Positions 28,543-39,708 of a DNA stretch of 64,000 bases are shown here, piece after piece. Made by a program: the position numbers and the translations under genes. The notes beneath the pieces are model-generated. The model saw only the letters and a list, made by a program, of their open reading frames with translations, did not search any database and was not told where the DNA came from. The first letter of the stretch is position 1. Each line of letters begins with the position of its first letter. Source of the DNA: Candidatus Woesebacteria bacterium (lineage in GTDB: Bacteria; Patescibacteriota; Microgenomatia; UBA8517). Location of the stretch: the NCBI GenBank assembly GCA_016432365.1, contig CP066686.1, positions 793,501 through 857,500 of the forward strand. The letters run 5' to 3'.

Positions 28543-29077
28543 TTTTATACATTTGAATGTCATCCACCATTTTTCCTTTATATAAATTGCCGCCCGGAAG
28601 CATTCCGTATTGCACAAACCCAAAACTTTTATACATGTTTTGGGCTTTTTCGTTTTCTGCAAAAACCTCAAGCGTAACAATTTTTAATTTTGAAAGTTTT
28701 TTGGCTTCGTCTAAAACCAATTTCATCAATAGTTTCCCTAGTCCCTTACCACGGTATTCTTTAGCTAGTGAAATTCCAAAAACTCCGATATGGCTTTTTA
28801 TTCTATTTTTAAGATCTATTGCAGTAACTCCTGCAATCTTACCGTCAACAAAAAGCAACAGTTGAACAGTTTCCTTTTTTCCAATTTTTTCAAGTTGCCC
28901 TTTAAGATATTTTTCTTCATCAGTAATTGTCATTTGCTCGCCTTGCATCATAATGTATGTTTTTTCTTTGGATAACGTATTTATATATTCGCACATCACC
29001 CCAGCATCCCCACTTTTGGGATATCTGACAACAATTTCTTCGCCATTTATAGTTTCATTAAATACTATATGTTCCAT
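28535..29077 (-). CDS. GNAT-family N-acetyltransferase
   Basis: Motif A HIGVFGISLAKEYRGKGLGKLLMKLVLDEAKK; C-terminal FGF/YG. Confidence 0.75.
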   Translation of the reverse strand: MEHIVFNETINGEEIVVRYPKSGDAGVMCEYINTLSKEKTYIMMQGEQMTITDEEKYLKGQLEKIGKKETVQLLLFVDGKIAGVTAIDLKNRIKSHIGVFGISLAKEYRGKGLGKLLMKLVLDEAKKLSKLKIVTLEVFAENEKAQNMYKSFGFVQYGMLPGGNLYKGKMVDDIQMYKNV

Positions 29078-29124
29078 GGAACGATTTTATCATTTATCAC
29101 ACAGATGGCCAAGCTCTGCTTATC

Positions 29125-29724
29125 ATGTCAGATGGTATAATTCTTATTATGTATACCGAATTTGAGGCGACATTTACAAACATTGATAAAGACGACACAA
29201 GAAATCGTCTTAAAAATGCGGGGGCAAAATTGATCCGTCCTGAGTTTATGCAAAAACGAGTAGTTTTTAATCTGCCAAAAGGTCACGAAATCCCAGGCGG
29301 CTGGCTTAGAGTCCGCGACGAAGGGGATAAAATCACAATGAGTTTAAAAATAGTTAACGGAGGCAAAATTGACGACCAAAAAGAAACACAATTAACGGTT
29401 AACAGTTTTGACGAAGCAGCAACAATTTTGGAAACAATAGGTTGCGACAAAAAAGCCTATCAAGAAAGTAAACGCGAACTTTGGGAGTTGGATGGGGTGG
29501 AAATTACAATTGATGAATGGCCATTTTTGGAGCCGATTGTAGAAGTTGAAGGAAAATCCGAAGAGGAAGTTAAAAATGTTTCGGAAAAGCTTAATTTTGA
29601 TTATAAAAATGCAAGGTTTTGCGCGGTGGACGTTTTATATAGTGAAAAATATGGAATAAGCCAAGATAGAATAAACAATCACACCCCCGAAATTTTATTT
29701 GACGGGGAAAACCCTTTTACTTAA
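29125..29724 (+). CDS. CYTH-domain (triphosphate tunnel metalloenzyme) protein
   Basis: N-terminal YTEFEATF (ExExK-like start), then RVRDEGDKITMSLK and a C-terminal EIE-like segment (VEITIDEW..EPIVEVEG). Confidence 0.55.
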   Translation: MSDGIILIMYTEFEATFTNIDKDDTRNRLKNAGAKLIRPEFMQKRVVFNLPKGHEIPGGWLRVRDEGDKITMSLKIVNGGKIDDQKETQLTVNSFDEAATILETIGCDKKAYQESKRELWELDGVEITIDEWPFLEPIVEVEGKSEEEVKNVSEKLNFDYKNARFCAVDVLYSEKYGISQDRINNHTPEILFDGENPFT

Positions 29725-30229
29725 AATGAACGACTTCAAAACATACACAGATTACAAGACAGTCCTTTCCGTAAACGCCTTAATTTTTTCCGAAGGCAAA
29801 ATTTTAATGCTTAAAAGAGCGGATGACAAAAAAATTGATCCCGGACTTTATTCCGGGATTGGCGGAAAAGTAGAACCTCACGAAAGTTTTTATAATGCAA
29901 TTCTTCGTGAAATCAAGGAAGAAACAGGTTTGACAGAATTTAAATCAATAAAACCTTATTCGGTTACTCAAATCCCGTACCCACCCACGGACTCTGAATG
30001 GGTAAATGTCTATTTTATTGTCCATATTACGAAACAGGTTGAATTAGAACCAACTGAGGACGGTACATTTCATTGGGTAGGCATCGAAGAAGCCTTAAAA
30101 CTACCAACACCGAACGATGTCCACGATTACCTGGAGATTCTTTCTAAAGACCCCAACGCCTTCATTTTTGGTTTTTATGACCACGACAAGGAAGGAAACC
30201 TAACAAACAAAAAAATTAAAGTTGTCTAA
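29699..30229 (+). CDS. NUDIX hydrolase
   Basis: Nudix box GIGGKVEPHESFYNAILREIKEETGL. Confidence 0.7.
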   Translation: MTGKTLLLKMNDFKTYTDYKTVLSVNALIFSEGKILMLKRADDKKIDPGLYSGIGGKVEPHESFYNAILREIKEETGLTEFKSIKPYSVTQIPYPPTDSEWVNVYFIVHITKQVELEPTEDGTFHWVGIEEALKLPTPNDVHDYLEILSKDPNAFIFGFYDHDKEGNLTNKKIKVV

Positions 30230-31431
30230 AAAGAACTTGTTAAATTGTAAATCGGAAGAATAACAGCAATAACTAAAAATCCAACCCCAAGCCCTAGCAT
30301 TATCATAACCAATGGTTCTATTGCAGCTGTCAAGCCTTTTACCTTCTCGTCGCTTTCCATTTCAAAAATGTGGCTGATTTTGGTTAAAACATCGTCCATT
30401 TTTCCCGTTTCTTCACCCACCGCAATCATCTGAGAAAGTAAAAAGGGGAAAGCCTCGGGGTGCCTTGCAAAGGAAAAGGCGATAGGGAAACCCTTCTCCA
30501 CCTGTCTGGAAACATCTTTTAATGCATCGGAGATGACACTATTTGATACAACTTCACTTGTAATGTTCAAGGCCTCAAGAATTGGAACACCGGCCCCCAC
30601 CATTAAAGACAGGGTTCTTGTAAGTTCTGTCAAAATTACTTGTTTTTGCAGGTTCCCGAAAATAGGAATTTTAAAAACCATTTCATCGACTTTTTTCTTT
30701 CCCATTGCGGTGCTCCTGTAAAGTGTAAACAAATAGTAACCAACACCTCCGATTGCTAAAATGACAAACCAGTAATTAACAAAAAAACCGGAAATTCCCA
30801 TTAAAATTCGCGTAGGTAAGGGGAGTGTGGCATTAAAATCACCATAAAGCGAAGTCAGTTTGGGAATAACAAAAATCATCATTATAAAAACAACTACAAC
30901 CATACCTACCCCGATTATCGCAGGGTAAATTAAAGCCCCTTTAACTTTACCGTTAAATTCTTGCTGCTTTTCCAGGGTATCTGCCAATCTAAGAAGCACG
31001 GCATCCATAACACCCCCGACCTCACCCGATTTAACCAAGGATAAATAAGTTCTGGTAAAAATTTTGGGGTGTTTATTCATGGCACTCGAAAGAGATTCTC
31101 CGGCTTCAACATCCGCCAAAATCTGGGCAACAACTTTTTGCATAGCCCCATTGCTTTGAGATCTAAGTATTAGAAGTGCTTCCGTGATGGGTAGCCCGGC
31201 TCCGATCATTGTTGAAAGCTGACGGGTGAAAGTTGAAATGTCCCCTGTTGTTATCCGTTCTTTGAATTTCTTTACAATCGAAAATGGTGAATCCATTTTC
31301 TCGGAAATAGAAATAACATAAAAGCCCTTGCCCCGAACCAGTTTTGCCGCATGGCTCGTGTCACTCGCCTCGACTTCTCCTGACACCAATCTTCCTTGTC
31401 TGTCTTTGGCCTTGTAATTAAATCTTTTCAT
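30226..31431 (-). CDS. pilC: type IV pilus inner-membrane platform protein PilC (GspF family)
   Basis: Duplicated GspF domains and three TM helices. Downstream of pilB and pilT. Confidence 0.8.
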   Translation of the reverse strand: MKRFNYKAKDRQGRLVSGEVEASDTSHAAKLVRGKGFYVISISEKMDSPFSIVKKFKERITTGDISTFTRQLSTMIGAGLPITEALLILRSQSNGAMQKVVAQILADVEAGESLSSAMNKHPKIFTRTYLSLVKSGEVGGVMDAVLLRLADTLEKQQEFNGKVKGALIYPAIIGVGMVVVVFIMMIFVIPKLTSLYGDFNATLPLPTRILMGISGFFVNYWFVILAIGGVGYYLFTLYRSTAMGKKKVDEMVFKIPIFGNLQKQVILTELTRTLSLMVGAGVPILEALNITSEVVSNSVISDALKDVSRQVEKGFPIAFSFARHPEAFPFLLSQMIAVGEETGKMDDVLTKISHIFEMESDEKVKGLTAAIEPLVMIMLGLGVGFLVIAVILPIYNLTSSF

Positions 31432-31443
31432 GCAGAAGTTTTT

Positions 31444-32502
31444 TTAAACACCTCGTACTAAACGCGCAAGCTCTTCGGGTCTTAACGACCAACTCTGGGC
31501 AACTTCCATAGTTACCAGACCACGTTTTACAAGATCTGCCAGGGAACGCTCAAGAGTGCTCATTCCGGCTTCCTGTGAAGTTTCCAAAATGCTTTCGATC
31601 TGGTGAGTTTTACCTTCACGGATAGAAGTTTTTATAGCTGTGGTCCCCAACATTATCTCGTAAGTAACAACCCTGCCTTTGGTTGTAGAAGGGATTAGTC
31701 TTTGGGAAAAAACCGCCTCAATTACATTTGATAGCTGAAGCTTTACCTGCCCCTGCTGTTCTTCAGGGAAAACATCGACGATTCTGTCGATTGTTTGGGC
31801 GGCACTATTTGTATGAAGAGTAGCAAAAACCAAATGGCCTGTTTCTGCAACTGTTAATGCAGCTGCAATTGTTTCGTAATCACGCATCTCTCCAACCAAA
31901 ACCACATCCGGATCTTCTCTCAGTGCGGACCTTAAAGCTATTTCCCACGAATGTGTATCTGTTTGCATCTCGCGTTGAGAAATGACCGATTTAATCGGCT
32001 TAAAAATAAACTCAATCGGGTCTTCGATGGTTACGATGTGAGATGTGCGGGTTTCGTTAATTTCATCTATCATTGCCGCAAGGGTAGTTGATTTTCCATG
32101 CCCTGTTGGCCCGGTCACAAGAACCAACCCCTGCCTTAACGTCGTAAAAGAATGAAGAATTTTAGGTAGTCCCAAAGCATCTATTTTTGGAATTGTCAAA
32201 GGAATCTGTCTAAAAGCAACTGCTGTAGTGTTTTTCTGGGTATAGGCATTGGCTCTAAACCTGGCCTTATCGGAGAATGGTAAAGAAAAATCAAGTTCCT
32301 TGTTCACGGTTAACCTTTCGATTTGTTCGCTTGTAAGAACTTGTTTAAGAAGTTCGTTGATAGAATCCGGTGTAGAAATACCGGCTCCGGGCGCACTTAA
32401 CAATTCCCCATCCACCCTTAGAGTAGGGGGGACTCCGGCAACCAAATGCAAATCACTGGCTTTCAAGTCAATTGTTTGTTGTAATAATTGTTTGATGTCC
32501 AT
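31444..32502 (-). CDS. pilT: twitching-motility retraction ATPase PilT
   Basis: Walker A GPTGHGKSTT, Asp box, and AIRNLIRE-like TSIREGKTHQI. Length 352 aa. Confidence 0.8.
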   Translation of the reverse strand: MDIKQLLQQTIDLKASDLHLVAGVPPTLRVDGELLSAPGAGISTPDSINELLKQVLTSEQIERLTVNKELDFSLPFSDKARFRANAYTQKNTTAVAFRQIPLTIPKIDALGLPKILHSFTTLRQGLVLVTGPTGHGKSTTLAAMIDEINETRTSHIVTIEDPIEFIFKPIKSVISQREMQTDTHSWEIALRSALREDPDVVLVGEMRDYETIAAALTVAETGHLVFATLHTNSAAQTIDRIVDVFPEEQQGQVKLQLSNVIEAVFSQRLIPSTTKGRVVTYEIMLGTTAIKTSIREGKTHQIESILETSQEAGMSTLERSLADLVKRGLVTMEVAQSWSLRPEELARLVRGV

Positions 32503-32513
32503 AGTTAAACAGT

Positions 32514-32600
32514 CAAAAGGTAAAAGTTAAAAGGTAAAAGTTTCAGAAATTTTTGAATTTTGATTTGTAATTTTGAATTTTGCATTTTGAATTTTGAATT
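32514..32600. repeat. tandem repeats: 2x14-nt AAAAGGTAAAAGTT, then ~7 copies of heptamer TTTGAAT
   Basis: Read directly from the pilB-pilT intergenic sequence. Confidence 0.7.
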
Positions 32601-34344
32601 ACTCTTGTGCAACTCTCAGTATCTCTTCCACTGTAGTGATTCCTTCAGCAACCTTCAAGTACCCATCCTGTTTAAGTGATACCATTCCTGCCTCTCTCGC
32701 TGCATTGTCTATATCTCCGGCCGAGGCCCGTTCCAAAATAAGTTTACCAATTTTTTCTGTTACCGTGATAGTCTCAAAAATACCCATTCTTCCCAAATAA
32801 CCCGAGTTTCCGCAATCCGGGTCCCCCTTACCTCTATAAAGTTTGACCTCTCCCTGTGGCTGCCAAAGACTACCCAATTCTTTCTTCATCTCGCTTACAA
32901 TTTTAGGGTCTGGAACATAACTTTCTTTACAATCGTCATGGATTTTTCTGACAACTCTTTGGGCAACAAGACAGGTAATAGAGGAGGCCAATAAGTACGG
33001 TTCCGCGCCCATGTCTAAAAGCCTGGGTAGTGCACCTGAAGCATCATTTGTATGAAGTGTAGAAAATACCAAATGTCCGGTTAACGAAGCCTGAATGGCA
33101 AGATCCGCAGTTTCGCTGTCGCGGATTTCTCCTACAAGAATAATGTTTGGGTCCTGTCTAAGAAATGATTTCAATCCGTCGGCAAATGTGAGCCCAACAG
33201 CAGTGTTGATTTGGACCTGATTGACGCCGGGGATTTTGTATTCGATCGGGTCTTCCAATGTAACTATGTTGACTTTTGGAGTATTTAGTCTGGATAAAAC
33301 AGAATACAAAGTGGTCGTCTTTCCGGAACCCGTTGGTCCACAAATTAAAATAATTCCATGCGGACGCAAAATTGCATCCTGAAGATCTTTAAGACTTTTA
33401 CCCCTAAGGCCCAATTCCTGAAGCGTAGGGACTCCCCCGGATTTTTTGAGTAAACGCATCACAATTTTTTCTCCCCAAGTTGTGGGCAGAGAAGAGATAC
33501 GAAGGTCTACTTCTTCCTCACTACCTTTAAAGTTGAATCTACCGTCCTGGGGAACTCTTTTTTCGTCAATTTTCATCCCTCCCAAAATTTTGATTCTGCT
33601 TATTAATGAATCGTGCAGTTCCTGCGGAATTGTGAGCTTCTCCTGTAAAATTCCGTCAATTCGATAGCGAACTCGGGTTGACTTTTCTTCGGGCTCAATG
33701 TGAACATCGCTGGCCCTTGATTTAATAGCAAAGTCGAGTATTTGGGATACAATTTCTGCTATTTTTTCTTCTCTTATAAATCCGCCTCTGGAAACTTCGG
33801 CAGCTTTAATTCCTTCTCCTTTTCCTCCGGGTGTAACTTCTTTCATTGCAGCCGTAACCTGTTTGGTTAATGAGGTTGTATAGCGGGTTTGAATAAAATC
33901 GTCCACTTTCATGGGCTCCGCCGCGTAAGTTTTTACATGGAGACCTGTTTTTTGTTCGATAAATTCTATAGCCGCAAGATCCAGAGGATCAGCCATGGCA
34001 AGGCCCAAACTTTTTTCTTTTTTATCGTAATTAACAGGGAAAACTCTAAATCTTTCTGCGACCTCCGAGGGGAGTGCTGCTAAGGCATTGGGGTCAATCG
34101 GAGCAGTGTTTAAATCAACATATGGGATGTTATAGAGTTGGGCTTTAGCTTGAACAAGTTTATCTTCAGGAACCATCGAGGCCTCTTTAATAATGTCTTC
34201 CTGTGTTTTACCGCTTTGAATTTCGGTGAACTTTACCTGTTCGGCACGCCGTGCATCGAGTGCCCCCAAAGTCACTAAAATATCAGCAAGAGTTCCGGTG
34301 GAGTTTAAACTATTAGTACCGTTTACAGGTTGAGCAGTGGGCAT
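32599..34344 (-). CDS. pilB: type IV pilus assembly ATPase PilB (GspE family)
   Basis: N1/N2 domains and Walker A GPTGSGKTTTLY. No tetracysteine motif found. Length 581 aa. Confidence 0.85.
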   Translation of the reverse strand: MPTAQPVNGTNSLNSTGTLADILVTLGALDARRAEQVKFTEIQSGKTQEDIIKEASMVPEDKLVQAKAQLYNIPYVDLNTAPIDPNALAALPSEVAERFRVFPVNYDKKEKSLGLAMADPLDLAAIEFIEQKTGLHVKTYAAEPMKVDDFIQTRYTTSLTKQVTAAMKEVTPGGKGEGIKAAEVSRGGFIREEKIAEIVSQILDFAIKSRASDVHIEPEEKSTRVRYRIDGILQEKLTIPQELHDSLISRIKILGGMKIDEKRVPQDGRFNFKGSEEEVDLRISSLPTTWGEKIVMRLLKKSGGVPTLQELGLRGKSLKDLQDAILRPHGIILICGPTGSGKTTTLYSVLSRLNTPKVNIVTLEDPIEYKIPGVNQVQINTAVGLTFADGLKSFLRQDPNIILVGEIRDSETADLAIQASLTGHLVFSTLHTNDASGALPRLLDMGAEPYLLASSITCLVAQRVVRKIHDDCKESYVPDPKIVSEMKKELGSLWQPQGEVKLYRGKGDPDCGNSGYLGRMGIFETITVTEKIGKLILERASAGDIDNAAREAGMVSLKQDGYLKVAEGITTVEEILRVAQE

Positions 34345-34463
34345 ATTTGTAACTGAAAACTTAGAGCTAAAATCTAAGAGCTCTTATACATTATTACCTA
34401 AAGCGCCATTAGTATCAAGATCCCACTTGATTAGTTACTGGTTATTCGATATTAGTTAGTAAT

Positions 34464-36999
<2,536 letters not shown>

Positions 37000-37090
37000 T
37001 CGCTAACAAAGTCCGTCAACCAATTTTGGCATGAGGCGCTAACGAATAGTTCTGAAAAGCCGAATGCGAAAATCAGACGGTCGAAGTTGG

Positions 37091-37660
37091 CTACTTTGGA
37101 TGTTTAATCTTCAACAAATATAGATTTCTTTTTTCCGTATGGTCGCGGCGAAAAGAAGATAATTTTTTATTTTCAAAAGTACAAGTTGGATCGATTGCAA
37201 TATTTTCATTTTTGACATCAAGTCTTACCAACTGTTGACGGGCAACTTCACCCAAATCCAGAAATATTTTCCTTTCTTTTTCGATAACGGCGTTATTGTA
37301 TTTTGAGAACTTTATAGAAACATCATTTTTTATTTCATAATGTTTTGCGCAAATGTGCGGCCCAATTTTTATTTTTAACTCTTCGCTTTTCACTTTTAGC
37401 TTTTCCTTCATCCCGTTAATAGTTTTTTCAATAATTCCATTTTCCAACCCTCGCCAACCTGCATGAATAAGCCCTATTCCTAGGCCTTTTTCGTCACTAA
37501 TCATAATTGGTAAACAATCGGCAACGCGAACACATAAAGTTACATCCGGGTCATTTGTTATCAATGCATCACAGTTGGGGACGGTGATTCCGATGTCCTT
37601 TTTATCAACAACTACAACATTATTTCCATGTATCTGTTGCATTAAAACTATTTTTTGCAT
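37091..37660 (-). CDS. YfiH/PgeF family (DUF152) purine nucleoside phosphorylase / laccase-like protein
   Basis: LIHAGWRG and a CxxH-like PHICAKHYE. Confidence 0.7.
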   Translation of the reverse strand: MQKIVLMQQIHGNNVVVVDKKDIGITVPNCDALITNDPDVTLCVRVADCLPIMISDEKGLGIGLIHAGWRGLENGIIEKTINGMKEKLKVKSEELKIKIGPHICAKHYEIKNDVSIKFSKYNNAVIEKERKIFLDLGEVARQQLVRLDVKNENIAIDPTCTFENKKLSSFRRDHTEKRNLYLLKIKHPK

Positions 37661-37728
37661 TTACTGATTATATCTTGTTTGTAATTTGGTTCTTGAATTT
37701 TATAATTTCGCGACTAAAATTGTGATAT

Positions 37729-38205
37729 ATGGATTTTAAAGCGTTCATCGAAATTCCACTAAACTCAAACATTAAATATGAAGTGGATGAAGAAACAGGG
37801 GAGCTTACAGTGGATCGATTTCTCCATACAGCGATGAGTTATCCTTTTAATTATGGTTATGTTAAAGAAACAAAGGGGAAAGACGGCGACCCGCTTGATG
37901 TTTGCATTTTTTCCTCTCTTCCGGTCACCCCCGGGGTGGTTATGAAATGCCATGCTATCGGCCTTTTGGAAATGGAAGATGAAGGGGGAATAGATACAAA
38001 AATCTTTGCAGTTCCGGATAAAAAAATTGATCCGATATTCGGAGTTTGGACAAGTGTCAAAGATGTCCCGGAAGTAGTTCTAGCCAGAACCAGACACTTT
38101 TTCGAACATATGAAAGAGCTGGAACCGGGGAAATGGGTAAAGACGGGCGAATTTAAAGACGCCTCGGAAGCAGAAAAAGAAATTGAGGCTTCCAAAAATA
38201 AATAG
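37729..38205 (+). CDS. ppa: inorganic pyrophosphatase (family I)
   Basis: EIPLNSNIKYEVD, YPFNYGYV and DGDPLDVCI. Confidence 0.8.
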   Translation: MDFKAFIEIPLNSNIKYEVDEETGELTVDRFLHTAMSYPFNYGYVKETKGKDGDPLDVCIFSSLPVTPGVVMKCHAIGLLEMEDEGGIDTKIFAVPDKKIDPIFGVWTSVKDVPEVVLARTRHFFEHMKELEPGKWVKTGEFKDASEAEKEIEASKNK

Positions 38206-38989
38206 CATTTCTATGCCGAAAATTTTATTGTCTTTGTCGTTGTTTGTTTTACTTCTTGTCGTTTTTTCCTCGCCCGTTTCCGCAAATCACACTTGGAATG
38301 GATATCATTGGGCCCGAACCTCAAATCCATTTGCTTTAAAACTTGGAGATAATGTTACTTCAGGTTGGGACACATATTTGGCCACAGCTTCTTCTGATTG
38401 GACCACATCCGACGTCCTCGATACAGCGATTGTTGCCGGACAAGGCGGCAGAACCTGTAAGGCAACCAACGGAAGAGTTGAGGTCTGCAACAAAAAATAT
38501 GGAAACAACGGCTGGCTGGGAATTGCCCAAATATGGATTACCGGCGGGGTACATATAACTCAAGGAGTAACTAAAATGAATGATACCTATTTCGGTAAGC
38601 CTGCGTACAACACACCAGCCTGGAAACAAATGGTGATGTGTCAGGAAGTGGGGCATACTTTGGGCCTTGATCATCAAGATGAAATTTTTGACAATGCCAA
38701 CCTTGGAACCTGTATGGATTATACGAGCGATCCAAGTACAAACCAGCATCCCAATCAGCATGACTACGATGAGCTGAATACTATATATAGTCACCTTGAC
38801 AGTTTTACTACGATTGGTCAGACGACAGGACAGGTGGCCAGACAGCTTGGGCAACTCGCAGCAAACCAAGATCTTGATAATCCAGGAGAGTGGGGCAGGT
38901 CAATACGTGACAACGGCAAGATTGCCGTATTTGAACGCAACCTTGGCTTGGGAAACAAAGTCTTCACATTTGTAATTTGGGCCAAGTGA
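38183..38989 (+). CDS. secreted metzincin-like protein with a QExxHxxGxxH variant motif
   Basis: Signal peptide. VMCQEVGHTLGLDHQDE matches the metzincin HExxHxxGxxH motif except that the first His is Gln. Confidence 0.35.
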   Translation: MRLPKINSISMPKILLSLSLFVLLLVVFSSPVSANHTWNGYHWARTSNPFALKLGDNVTSGWDTYLATASSDWTTSDVLDTAIVAGQGGRTCKATNGRVEVCNKKYGNNGWLGIAQIWITGGVHITQGVTKMNDTYFGKPAYNTPAWKQMVMCQEVGHTLGLDHQDEIFDNANLGTCMDYTSDPSTNQHPNQHDYDELNTIYSHLDSFTTIGQTTGQVARQLGQLAANQDLDNPGEWGRSIRDNGKIAVFERNLGLGNKVFTFVIWAK

Positions 38990-39008
38990 CTTCCTTAATT
39001 CTTCGTTT

Positions 39009-39659
39009 TTGCAATGGTATACTAAATTGATGCTTAAAATTGTCTCCTGGTTATTAATAATTTTAGGACTCGCCTTGCTAATTTTTATTTTTGGACCCGT
39101 TATTAAAGAGGAAATTAAATACAGCTTTGATCAGATGTCTCGTGTTAAATACGTCATAGGCACTGAACAATTGGATACTTTTGAAAAACCGCTCACTCCA
39201 CCAAACACAGATTTCTCTGTAATTATCCCCAAAATAGGTGCCGTGGCTGCAATTTCCGAAAACATAGATCCCAAAGACTCGAGTACTTACCTACCGGCTC
39301 TCAAAAACGGACTAGTACAGGCCACAGGGTCGGCCAACCCGGATAACGATGGAAATATCTACCTTTTCGCTCATTCGGCCGACACTTTTTGGCATGTTAA
39401 TACTTACAACACTAAGTTCCTTTTGATAGATAAATTAGCCCTGGATGACGAAATTGATATTTTTTACAAAGGTAGACTAATAAAATATACCGTTTTCAGC
39501 AAAAAAATCATAGAAACGCAGGCTGCAGTATTTACGGGTAGCCTTGACCCGGACTTAAACCCCTCCGGCTTTATAAAAACACTCACCATTGAGACCGGCT
39601 ACCCGGCCGGGACGACTTTCAAAAAACTCATAGTTACGGCATGGCAGGTGAATCCTTGA
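39009..39659 (+). CDS. sortase-fold homolog lacking the catalytic Cys and Arg (pseudo-sortase)
   Basis: N-terminal TM anchor. GNIYLFAHS retains the His, but TLTIETG replaces the TLxTC Cys motif. Aligns with the true sortase at 44751. Confidence 0.4.
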   Translation: MQWYTKLMLKIVSWLLIILGLALLIFIFGPVIKEEIKYSFDQMSRVKYVIGTEQLDTFEKPLTPPNTDFSVIIPKIGAVAAISENIDPKDSSTYLPALKNGLVQATGSANPDNDGNIYLFAHSADTFWHVNTYNTKFLLIDKLALDDEIDIFYKGRLIKYTVFSKKIIETQAAVFTGSLDPDLNPSGFIKTLTIETGYPAGTTFKKLIVTAWQVNP

Positions 39660-39708
39660 CATCCCAATAACTGATAGTATAATCTCAAATTGTCCAACCT
39701 AAATTCGC

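Noticed and set aside
28543-28680. Longer N-terminal version of the PPase-like ORF, giving a 161-aa protein
   Set aside because: The extra 46 residues overlap the GNAT gene by ~145 nt and do not resemble PPase N-terminal sequence. The internal Met (MFNAKDF) gives a start with only an 8-nt overlap.
32514-32600. Possible CRISPR array from short tandem repeats
   Set aside because: Units are 7-14 nt with no spacers of 25-40 nt. They are AT-rich simple tandem repeats, not CRISPR repeat-spacer architecture, and no cas genes are present in the window.
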